NCBI RefSeq assembly: GCF_006345805.1
Contig: NC_043010.1
Location: forward strand, 29,884,001 to 29,948,000
Source of the DNA: Octopus sinensis
Taxonomy: Eukaryota
DNA: 64,000 nucleotides
Direction of reading: 5' to 3'
Positions 52,477 through 64,000 of this stretch are shown piece by piece. Numbering within the stretch: the first letter of the stretch is position 1; every line of letters starts with the position of its first letter. A program made the position numbers and the translations under genes. The notes below the pieces were generated by a model, which saw only the letters and a list, made by a program, of their open reading frames with translations, searched no databases and had not been told where the DNA came from.

Positions 52477-52994
52477 GTCAAAGCTGCTAATGCTATTACA
52501 GTAACTAATATTACCGGTAGCAAAAAAAAAAATTATTGAAGACCCTATTTTTAGGTTCATTACTTAAGCAATAATCTTTCATTTAAAAGTCAGATCAAAC
52601 ATAGACCAACCAACCAACCAACCAACTAGAGACTGCAATTGCAACAACTAAAGCTTGTGGTTATTATTAGTAGTGTTGTAGTCATACAGCTTGTGTTGCT
52701 ACTAGTTGAAATATGTATGATGTCTTTAGTACTGTCACCGCATTCATTTGTGGATTTCCATGTTGCTTATTTATCTATTAATTGCTTGAAACACTGCTTT
52801 TGATTGACACATCTAACATTGATTGCACCATGATGGTCAATGCAGGGACCCTTAGTTATGAAACATATCATGCAAACTCTATGTGCACACATCATACATA
52901 TACACATATGCATGCATACATGCATACATACATACATACATACATACATACATACATACATACATACATACATACATACATGCATACATACAGT

Positions 52995-53475
52995 ATGGTA
53001 GAAGCCATAGCCACTCATAATAAAAAGGAGTACTGGTGGAATGTCCCTGTGAAGACCTCAATGAAATGTAAGCACAACAGACCTGATATGATGATTTGGG
53101 ATAGAGAAGAGAAACTGTGCACAGTTATGGAAATTAGTTGCTGAACGATGTTAACATAAAGCTGAAGATCAGTGAAAAAGAGAACACCTATGCTGAACTA
53201 TTGAGAAACCTGCAGTTCAGGTTTATACCTGTAATTATTGGGGCCCTGGGATATGTAACACACTGCCTAAATACCAATCTTGAGAAATTAGGCTTCTCAA
53301 AACCAGAAAAGAGAAAGATAATTTGAAGACTACAGATCCAATCCATCAAAAGAACTAAAAATCTTTAAAACTTTCCAGAAGTTTATCATTTAAATATATA
53401 TGAGCATGTCTAGATATGCAACTATATGCATGAGAATACACACATAAAGTAAAACATACAAATCTGTACACATAC
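52995..53475 (+). mobile_element. 3' end of a restriction-like-endonuclease (R4/NeSL-type) LINE inside (CATA)n
   Basis: WWNVPVKTSMKCKHNRPDMMIWDREEKLCTVMEISC..FIPVIIGALG (PD..E-type REL domain); (CATA)n on both flanks. Confidence 0.85.
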
Positions 53476-54588
53476 ATACATACATACATACATACATACA
53501 TACATACATACATACTTTTGAAGCAGGTAATCCACTCCTTTACTCTGCTTATACAAATATGTTATGTTATGTATGTATGTATGTGTGTGTGTGTATGTGG
53601 CTTGTTGGTTTAATAATAGAGACAAAAGTCCTCTGAAGATCATTGGGTCCAAATTCCTAGTGTTAAACCATTCATATTAAATAAGGACACTAGATATATG
53701 TGTGTACCAACATACACATATACACGTCACATACATGTGATTTTGGATCATTAGAGCTTGGTATGAGCTGTGTTGAGATAACAAAGCATATTTGATTATA
53801 CATGTACGCTTATACATATACATATATAAATACACGCACACACAAATGCATATGCATGTAAACACATATACACATATACATAAATTCAAACTCGAGCTCT
53901 GCCCATGCATTTGGATTCAAAAGAAGAAATATTTCCATTCTGACTTCTGACAAACAATAACACAACAACAGCAACTGAAGGGATGTCAACCACCTCAACA
54001 ACATCTGAACTGTTAAAATATTTCTTTGAAATATTTTCAAACTGCATCACTTTATTTTCAACAGACAATCGTCCACTTTATTCAGTTATATCATACAAAA
54101 GTTAAAAGAACAAATAAACAACAGCATAATAAATAAATATAAGATAAATTCAATAAAGAAGAAATAAACAAATAACTGAAAGAAAAAAAAACAAAAAAAA
54201 ACAACAGAAATGAATATATGAAAGAATTCCTTCAAGAAATATTTTGGAAAATGGAAGAATGAAAGAGCAATCACCAACTGTTTTTTGGGGGGTTTTTTTT
54301 GGTCAACATAGAGGCTGAATCATAAAAAGTCCATTGTCATAAGCAATAATTTAATTTTCTCAATTGGAGGGGAAAAGATTTTATTTAAGGAAAAAATAAA
54401 ATAAAATAAAATGAATATAAAATATTTCCAGACCTTTTTTTTTCCTAATGTGTTCAATTCCTGTTGTGGTATCTTGCAGAAAGAAAAAGTATCAATAAAT
54501 TTTAAAATAGAATGAATATATATATATGTATATATATATATTGTTGTATGATGATTCACTATTTGTGTTTGTATGTTTATCTATCTAT

Positions 54589-54651
<63 letters not shown>

Positions 54652-55593
54652 TGTATGTATCTATATTGTTGACATCGTAAAAATTTTATAAACTTTTGAG
54701 AGAACATTAAATCATTCTTTTTTAGGAATATCTTGAAGCATGCACATAAAACTATACATAATAGCATGAAAATATTTAGTTGATAATCTCTTTTGAATAA
54801 AAAAAAGTTGAAGGCTACAGCATACAATTCTTACGGGTAACTTTTCTAAAATGGAATGAGAAATTCAAAGGATTGCTTTCATCCAATGGTAGAATGCCTG
54901 TCATGTCTACGAGAGGTGTGAGTTTAATTCATATGTGCAACTTTCAACTTTTTCTATCCAAAACGTGGTTTTCAGCCTAATATTTACATGTTGTTATAGC
55001 TTTATGTGTATGCTTTGCAATATTCCAGAAAAGAATTTATTTGAATGTGTATATATATGTGTGTATACATGTGTGTGTGTACATATATATATATATATAT
55101 GTATATGTAAAAAATTAGAAAAAAAACACCTTTTATCAATTCAAAATGAACAATGGTTAAGTAAATTGCAAAAAATAATAATAATAACGTTATATATACT
55201 ATTATTATTTTTTGCAATTTCCTTAATCATTGACATTTTATTGCTATTTTAATTTTAATATTTTTATTACGTGTAATTTTCTAGATGGTGTAATTTAATT
55301 GTTCATTTTGAATTGATAAAAGGTGTTTTTTTCTAATTTTTTATATATATATTATATATTGTGTGAAATTTGATTTAGTATTTCTAAATTGAATTTTTTT
55401 CCTTGTAAGTTTGGATTTTATTCCCTCAAATAATATATATATATATATATATAAACATGTGCACACACACACGCACATATATATTTATATGTGTGTGCGT
55501 GTGCATATATATGTGTGTGAGTGGGTGTGTACGTGTATGTGTGTATATATAATATATAAAATGAGCAGTATATACCTCTCTCTCTCTCTCAAT

Positions 55594-55627
<34 letters not shown>

Positions 55628-55685
55628 CATCACGAGGGAGAGAGGTATATACTGCTCATTTGAAATTAATTTTTCTTTCTAACAG

Positions 55686-55816
55686 ATTGTGTTTGTTGTT
55701 ATCGAATTGGAGAAGATTTTTCAAAATCCATGCAGTATCTCATCCAACCAGCTTCATTAAATTTGTTACAAAATTAGATTTAATGATGCTGCCGAATCCC
55801 TTGTCATGGACCAGTG
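55686..55816 (+). other. Candidate 131-nt exon
   Basis: Strong acceptor TTTTTCTTTCTAACAG and GTG|GTAAAA donor around unique sequence; one frame open, product unrecognised. Confidence 0.35.
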
Positions 55817-58800
55817 GTAAAATTAGAAACTGAGCCTCTTTTGGAAGCACACAATATCTCTCTTGTTGTTGTGTTGCCTTTACTCATCTTCCTTTTGGAA
55901 ACAAGTACATGGTGTTAATGCTGTTTTCTTGTAGGTTCAATGATTCAGCAAGTACACTCAAGTCTTGGTCATGTCTAGGCGCGAGAATGACTGTGTGTTT
56001 AAGAAACTTGCTTTGAAACCGTGTAGTTTCAGGTTCAATCTTACTGCACAACACCTTGTCATCTACTATAGCTCCTGGCCAACCAATGCCTTGTGAGTGA
56101 ATTTTGTTGAGAGTCTGTGTGGAAGCTAATTGTGAGTGTGTGTCTGTGTGTGTGTGTGTATTTGTCTTTGTCCCCCTCACTACTTGACAACCAGTGTTGG
56201 TTTGTTTAAATCACCATAACTTAGCAGTTTGACAAAAGAGATCAATAGAATAAATCGTTGTATTAACCCTTTAGTGTTCAGATTATTGTCAAATGTAATG
56301 CTTATTTATTCACATTATTTGAAATTCATCCTGCATTATCTTGTAGCCTTGAGATTTTGATGTGATTGTTTATATTTAAAACGACAATTTTTGGTAGGTA
56401 TGAGAAGCTGGTCAGTTTGAACATAGAGCAAGTTGAGTATTTTAGTCAGACATAGCCAGTTTAAATGCTAAAGGACTAAAAACAAATTCTGGAATTAATC
56501 TGTTCAACTAAAACCCTTCAAGGTAGTGCCCTCAGCATGGTCGTCATACACTGACTGAAACAAAAGATAAAAGATGTTACTGAGTACACTTTGCAAGAAA
56601 TCATTTGAGTACTACCAGAATATGTTCCAATAATACATAGCCCTCATTTTGATGATAATCAGTACTGTCACTCCAGCATCATCATCATCTAATATTGGCT
56701 TGAGATGAAAGCATGTTGTATACTTCTCATAGAAGAATTGCAAACTTATTGGCTCCTATAAGCCATGGTGGATTTCTCTGCATTACTGTTACCAGGCTGT
56801 CTATAAACATCGGTTTTCCAGGCCTACAACTTTAGTCGTGTGCTCCTCTCCTTGAACATTGCTAATTTCATTGGTCACATTATCATACTTGCTTTTGTTT
56901 TTCTGGTGGCGTTCATTTGGGCCATATCTGACCCATTCCACTCTGTGTCTTTTACTTTTCATTTACAGGCTGGTTTCCACCACCTCAGCAGCATTTTCCA
57001 TCCTTCATTTCACCCCTGTCAACACTACTGGCAGTAAGTTGGCAGAATCGTTAGTACATTGAATAAAATGCTTAGCAGTATTGGTTTCAGTTTTTTTTTG
57101 ACATTTTCAGTTCAAATCCTGCTGAAATCTCTTTAGACTTGATAAAATAATGTGTCTATCAAATCCTGAGAGTCAATATAACCAACTTGCCCCACCTCTC
57201 AAAACTGCTGGCTTAGAACCTTGCAATGTACCAAGTGTACTTTTGAGAAAGAATATTGTGATCTTGGCCACTTTTACACCTTAGGAACCAGGTCCCAGGA
57301 CTCAAGGAAAAAATGAAGAACACTACTGGAAGGGTCATATGAATAATTGAGCCCATGTAATCACTTGTCATTATATGACAGTGGAATTTTGCTACCTTAA
57401 ACTCTTCTAATACTAAAAACAGCTGAAGTTTTACATACAAGCAATACACAGTTCATTTCCTGTAACACATGGCAGCAGTGTCTCTATCCTTGTTAACTGA
57501 ATTTTATGCACCTGGAGCATGTACACACATCCTCACTCATACATGCACTCCAAGTTTCTCACAATGGCTCAAAATATCTCATGGCATGGGCACAAGATCA
57601 AAGAGGAGATTTTTGGACATATTTCATCCATCTCTAATGCTGCTCAATGTAGGGTAGGTTTTTCTGATCACTGCTAGTATATTAAGCATCAGGCCATATG
57701 GGATGTTATATTTTGGAAACAGCCATGACCTAATAGAGGACAAAGCCCACTGAAGTACATTGATGTCACTAGCAGAGACATACAACATTAAATTGAGTAT
57801 CTACCGAAACTATTAGAAGACAGAGATCTCAGTGTAGTGTGGTAAAATACATCTTGGTTGCAACTATTTGAAGAAAAGGAAGAAAATTTAGTGAAGCTTC
57901 TGACCTTGTTATGGTTAGGGATCATTGGTGAAAGTAGAATGGCCTGTGCTGAATACAACTCTCTTACATTGTACATGACTCCTTAGGTAAATGAAAGATG
58001 TCAAGGAAATAATAATTAACTGTGAACCAGGCTCCATTCAGCAGACTTGAATTTTTGTTCTTGTGTAGAACAGCTAAAGTTGATTGTATTTCTGACCATT
58101 CAGAGATTGCTGTGGCTTAAAGAGCCAATGTTTATCTTTCATTTCTATGCAATAGGCAGGGTCCTGTGGCTAAAAAGTTTGTTTCTAGGTACAGTCCCAC
58201 TGTATGCCACCTTGGGCAGGTGATTTTTAGCAAATCATTAATTTGACCTAAGTTTTTGTGAGGAGAATTTTGTTGTCAGAAACCACATGGAAATAGCATG
58301 TACACACATCCTCACTCATACACACACTCAAATGTATATTCAGACTTGAATCTTAGGAAGTATTGAGCACATTTTTTGAGCATAGTCTTCATTGTTCTTT
58401 AACCCAAAGTATTTACAAATGAAGACTAAAGCTTTAATAAGTAGGAAACAAGACTGGGAATCCTGTTGTTATTAGGGAAACAGTAGCAATATTCTATGTT
58501 GAAAAAGAGCCAGTAGGCATTCACAAGATTTGTAGTGGAATCACAGGCAGGCTGACAGAGAAAACAAACTTTGTATCTTGACGCAGTAAAATACATTGTT
58601 TTCAGTACTTTTAGAAGGCTTCATAGAAGTAGTTGATAACCTTTGTTACCTAGACAACCTAATCAGTAGTGGAAAGAATAGTAACCAGAAATAAGTCTTT
58701 TCTCTTTTATAATCTTGTATGAAAACCATTTAGTCATTCATTTATCCATTCATTCATCTACTTCAGCCCCACTCAGTAATATTTCCTTCTCTCCTACTAC

Positions 58801-59085
58801 CAGTCAGTCAAGTACCTTTCAATATAAAATATTTATAATCTCAAGATCATAATGGGGCAAAAGTAGACAAAGGAAATGCAAGTTGTTTTCTTTAAGGAAT
58901 ATTAAGGTGACAAGCTGGCACAATCATTAGAGCCTTGGGCAAAATGCATAGCTGCTTTTTTCCAGCTCTTTATGTTCTGAGTTCAAATCCTGCCAAGGTC
59001 AACTTTGCCTTTCATCCCTTTGGGGATTGATAAAATAAAGTATCAATTGAGTACTAGGGTCTTAACCACTACACCTTATGTCCAC

Positions 59086-59156
59086 GGGCATATGGCATAG
59101 TGGTTGAGAGCGCGGGCCACTAACCCCAAAATTCCAAGTTCAATTCAAGGCGGTGA

Positions 59157-59234
<78 letters not shown>

Positions 59235-59377
59235 TGATGATAATAATAACATTGAAAATTACCTTAACAATAATTACCCAGTTTTAAAATTTCCCCAAGA
59301 TGCCTGATGAAGGCTGGAATGTATATCAGCCAAAACATTGTGTTAACAACAAACAAGATGAGGACAAATATCGGTCA
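59086..59377 (+). mobile_element. tRNA-like head + (AAT)n + CpG-decayed HHR module
   Basis: A box TGGCATAGTGG (59093-59103), B box GTTCAATTC (59138-59146), (AAT)n 59161-59249, CTGATGA-A-GGCTG..CAGCC-AAAAC-ATT-GTGTT (59304-59344). Confidence 0.6.
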
Positions 59378-61100
59378 TTATGCGAAAGAAACAGCCTCAG
59401 TTAACTGCAAAATAGGATTCCTCTCCCAAAAGAATGTCTCCCTCACAGATAGTCCAACCAGGATCAGTGAAGTACTGAATGACCATTTCAAAAGTATCTT
59501 AACCACCCTGTTGGAACACAGACAAGTGAACGGACCAGTGGATTTCTTTGCCACCTCACCTTTAACCGGCAAGGCAGTTACGAAGGAATACATCGACATT
59601 AGCGAAGATGATATACTACTAGCCATAGATGAGGTAGATGCAAACTCAACTACTGGTCCTGATGGCTTCCTAGCAATCCTCCTCAAATCGTGTAAGTGTG
59701 CCTTGGTGAAACCTCTACAGATTCTCTTCCAAAGCTTTCTTGCAAATGGCAGGCTACCAAACAAACTGGAGGGAATAATATGCCCAATCCATAAAGGAAG
59801 AAGCAGAGCAGATGCCAAAAACTATAGGCCTATCTCTCTGACTTCACACATCAGCAAAGTCATGGAATGGATAGTCAAAGAGCAACTAGTCACATTTCTT
59901 GTAGAAAACAACTTACTGAGGCTATTGACCAGGTAAGAGCTGCCTAACTCAGCTCTTACAGCACTATGACTGGGTGTTGAGGCAGTTAGTCAACAACTCA
60001 AATGTGGATGTAATATACCTTGAGTTTGCAAAAGCTTTCAAGAAAGTGGATCATGATATGATATGCCACAAACTACATGATCTCAGCATAGCTGGAAAAC
60101 TTGGAGAGTGGTTACATGACTTTCTGAAAGATAGAAGTCAGGCAGTAGTGGCTAATGGTGCCACCTCTAAGAATACACAAATAGTGAGCAGTGTTCCACA
60201 GGGCACTGTCTTGGGACCACTGCTTTACATAGTGGCCCTCTCAGATATGCCCTCCACTGCCTGGATAGCCACCCTTGCAAGCTACACAGACGATATGAAT
60301 GTTTCAGAGAAAATACAGAACCCCAGCAATATTGCACACCTGCAGCAGGAATTGGACTCAATTTACTGATGGGCTGAGGACAATAATATGCAATTTAATG
60401 CTGAAAAATTCCAAGCCCTACACTACCAGCGTCCAAAACTGAATATAAAACTTACAGGGTAAACTGGTCCACTGAGGATTACAATCCCATAGCCTAAATC
60501 AGTGAGGGACCTAGGTATTGACATGAGTGATGATACCTATTTCCAAGAGCACACTCCAGGATAGCAACAAAGTACAGACTGGATCCTGAGAATGTTCAGA
60601 ACCAAAGAGAAGGAAACCATGATGGTCCTCTGGATTACTGCTCCCAGCTATGGTTACCCAACAGTGTAAAATAACAGCAGACCTTGAAGCAATCCAGCAA
60701 AGGTTTAGAAAGATCTCATTACAACAGCTTAGCTGAAACAGCTAAGACTCGACTCCCTGGAGCAAAGGTGGGAGAGATATGCAGTAATATATATTTGAGA
60801 GATCCTGGAAGGAATTGTGCCAAATTTTGGCATTGAAAGCTACACAAGTTTTTGAACGGGTTGACACTGCACAGTGCCAAAGATCCCAGCAATGACATAT
60901 TTGGCACTTCAGGACCATTTACTGTAACAGCCTGGGTTTCAAGGGACCACAGCTTATTAATATTCTTCCAAAGAGCCTGTGTGGATGTAAGTGTTTTCAA
61001 AACAAAACTGAACCTCCTTCTGTCGAGAGTCACAGGTGAACCTACTTTGTGGCAAAAAGGTGTAAATGAGGGTAGAAACATCAAACTCCCTTATTCACCA
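59378..61100 (+). mobile_element. CR1/L2-group LINE, RT region, pseudogenised
   Basis: GPDGF, KNYRPISLTSHISKVME, DVIYLEFAKAFKKVDH, VPQGTVLGPLL, SYTDD. Confidence 0.9.
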
Positions 61101-63895
61101 AACGCCACATATTCCTGGATCTACCTCTTCCACAAGTTCCCTCTACTGCTAGGGTGTGACACTTCTTCGCACAGCTGTCCTCATCCATGCACAACATATA
61201 TATCCATACCAGCACCATCGTCTCTCTTGCACACCACATCTGATGCTTCTTATGTCCAACTTTTCTCTCAGGGTGCTAACACTCTGTCATGTATGCACAC
61301 TGACATTACACATCCAGCAGAGCGTACTAACTTCATTCCTTGCAAGCTTAAGCAAGTCCTCAGCAGTCATGGCCCATGTTTCACTGCCATATAGCATAGC
61401 TGTTTGCACACATGCGCCATACAGTCTACTTTTAATTCTGAGTGTCACCAGCAGAGGTAGAAGCTCTCTGAACTTTGCCCAGGCTACACTTATTCTAGCA
61501 GCCCCACTCTCAGAGCAGCCACCCCCACTACTGACTTTGTTGCCTAGGTAACGGAAGCTATCAACTATTTCGAGTTTTTCCTCCTGGCATGTGACAGAAG
61601 TTGTTTTCTGTGTTTATTGCCACACACAAAAACTATCTTCCCAGTTAGCCTTTCTTTGATATTGCTGCACCTCTTATGTGTCCATAGCTTACACTGGGTA
61701 TATCTTATGGAGTTTCTATCTATTGCTTTTCTACAGATTGAGCAAAATCATTTACCTGAAGGGATTTGTGGTTTGTCTGTCTTCCTATTTATTAAGACTT
61801 TAGTTTTACTAGATTGACTCTAAGGCCCTTCGATTCTAGACCTTGCTTCAACATCTGAAACTTCTCTAGTTCTGATAGTGACTCAGCTATTAGAGGAAGG
61901 TCATCAGCATAGAGAGGCTTCTAGGGGCATCCTGTCTTGAATTCCTCAGTTATTGCCTGGAAGACAGTGATGAATAGGAGGGGGCTGAGGACTGATACTT
62001 TGTAGGCCCCTACCCCTACCTGGAATTCTTCATTGTACCCTCACCTTACTGACAGCATCCCTCTACATGGCTTGTGCAGCTCTCACTAACCACTCATCTA
62101 TCCCTAGTTTCCACATTGACCACCAAATCAGGGATTGGGGGACCCTGCTGAAGGCTTTCTCCATTTCAACGAAAGCCAGATGCAGCGGTTTATCTTTGGT
62201 TAGGTATTTCTTCTACAGTTGTTTTACCAGAAATATAGCATCAGTGATGCTTTTCCCTGGCACAAACCTGAATTGCATCTCATCTAGACTGACTCTCCCC
62301 CAAATTAATTGGGCTATGACCATCTCTGTGACTTACATTACCTGATCCAACAACTTGATACCTCTATAATTATTTGTATCTAAAGCATCACCTTTACCTT
62401 TGCAGCAGTTGACTATGGTGCTGCTACACCACTCATTGGGTATGACTCCTTCATGCATCATCTGATTGACTATACAGGTGACTAGACTATAGCTGACACT
62501 GTCAGATATTTTAAGTATTTCTGTGATGATTCCTAATGAGCCAGGGGCTTTCCCTGTCTTCATACTCTTAATTGCTTTATCTCCATCAATTCAGATAGCT
62601 GGCCCCTCTGTTAGGTCAACATTCGGCAGACTCTCTTTCTCCCATTCATTTTCTTTATTGAGCTACCTTTCATAGTGGCATCTCCATGTCTCTCTCCTTG
62701 CAGCCTCATTAAATGCAAGTGAGCCATCATCCATGTGGACACATTTCTCTCCTGATATCACGATTCTCTCTCACACACTGTCTTGCAACACAAAACACTT
62801 CAAGTCTTTGGTCCTCATGATGCAGATCATTGGCAAATTTTTTCTTATCTCCTTCCCTTCTGGCTTCATAAACCTATCTCCAAGCTTCTCTTCTGGCAAT
62901 CTGATACAATTCCCTGCTACCACCATTCTTCCAGTCCTTCCATGCATGTTTCTTTCCCCTAATGGCCCTGTCAACTAACTTGTTCCAACACCACATTATC
63001 TTAGGCCGAGAGGGGACTTTGCATCATCCACAGATCTAGTCAGTAGCCCTCAACAGGTTGTCCCATAGAAACCACCTGTTGTCTTCCACATCATGTGATG
63101 CTATATCCCCCTCTAATTTGTCAAAAGCTTCGAGTAATACATCTCTAAATTTCTGTCCACTCACAGGATCCTTAAGCTTCCAGACCCTTCTTCTACATGC
63201 TGGCCATCTTCTGGGCATCCATTTAGCCCTGATCCTGAAGTCGCTAACTACTTATCTATGTTGTGGGGTGAATTCTACACCTGGGAAAGTTTTGGCATTT
63301 ATACGTAGCCATCTTTCCCATTTCCTGGCAAGGATGTAATCAATTTGACTAGTGTGTCCATGAGATTGGTAGGGAAATAGGTGACTGGCAGTTTTCCTGA
63401 AGTTAGCATTACAAACCATAAGATCATTTGCATTGCAGAACTCCAGCAGCCTGGTTCCCTCCTCATTGCGGGAACCAAAACCATAGCCTCCATGGAAGCC
63501 CCCTGCATGTTGTCCAACAAGCCCACTGAAGACGCCAGCTACAAAGAGAACGTTCGTGTCATTCATCGATGAGGTAGTCTGCAAGAGGGTGTCATAAAAT
63601 TGGTCTTTCTGTTCATCAGGTTGCCCCAGCTGAGGGGCATAGGCTGAGATAATGGTTGCTAAACCATGTTGCAGCACTAATCTAATTTTAAGTATTCTAT
63701 CACAGATTCTGACTACCTCAATTACCTTATCAACCCATTTCTCTGCAAGAAGCATACCCACACCCAACACCCCATCAGTGTTCCCTGTCCAGAAAATCTT
63801 ATACCTATGTTCTTTACCTGTGAGGAACCTAGCAGAACATCCTCTCTACCTTACTTCTTGGATGCAGCACAAAGCTACACGTCTCCATTCAAGCA
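61094..63895 (-). mobile_element. RTE-clade LINE (APE + RT + near 3' end), pseudogenised
   Basis: ISAYAPQ, SQIDYIL, NYRGIKLLDQ, RT motifs homologous to 27405-28880, GSETWA, GRSR near the end. Confidence 0.92.
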
Positions 63896-63935
63896 TATGT
63901 ATATATATATCTATGTATGTATACATATGTATGTG

Positions 63936-63967
<32 letters not shown>

Positions 63968-64000
63968 AAGAGGTGAAGACTGAAATCCTTATACTTCATT

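Noticed and set aside
27437-61815. Two RTE copies apparently ending at the same 3' point
   Set aside because: On closer reading the 61-64 kb copy continues to about 61094 and the 27-kb copy has an internal deletion; there is no shared breakpoint.

Overview
Repeat-dense eukaryotic DNA, very probably from an octopus (coleoid cephalopod). This is inferred from the recognisable tRNA-derived SINE families and the dense (TA)n/(CATA)n/(TCTA)n/(AAT)n microsatellites; no database search was possible. Only one intact protein-coding ORF is supported: a single-exon C2H2 zinc-finger CDS (40276-41658, +) with seven fingers in a strict A/B alternation, an acidic/polyQ tail and a probable upstream 5'UTR exon. 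The rest is transposon-derived: several SINE families (including tandem arrays), decayed LINEs (RTE, CR1-like, R4/Dong-like, Tx1/L1-like), GIY-YIG Penelope-like elements (PLEs), and mariner, pogo/Tigger, hAT and Helitron-like remnants. There is one 100-N gap. The main hidden structure is about a dozen type I hammerhead-ribozyme (HHR) motifs of several distinct sequence families, folded here by eye. They sit in ORF-less PLE-type termini, fold-back inverted repeats and (TA)n tracts. The two best leads are a very young ORF-less unit of about 538 bp, partly tandem and inverted, with a fully paired HHR (4211-5140), and a tRNA-promoter head joined through (AAT)n to a CpG-decayed HHR (59086-59377). 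Both resemble retrozyme/Sm-alpha-like non-autonomous RNA retroelements. Repeat boundaries are approximate (about +/-10-30 bp) unless stated as exact.
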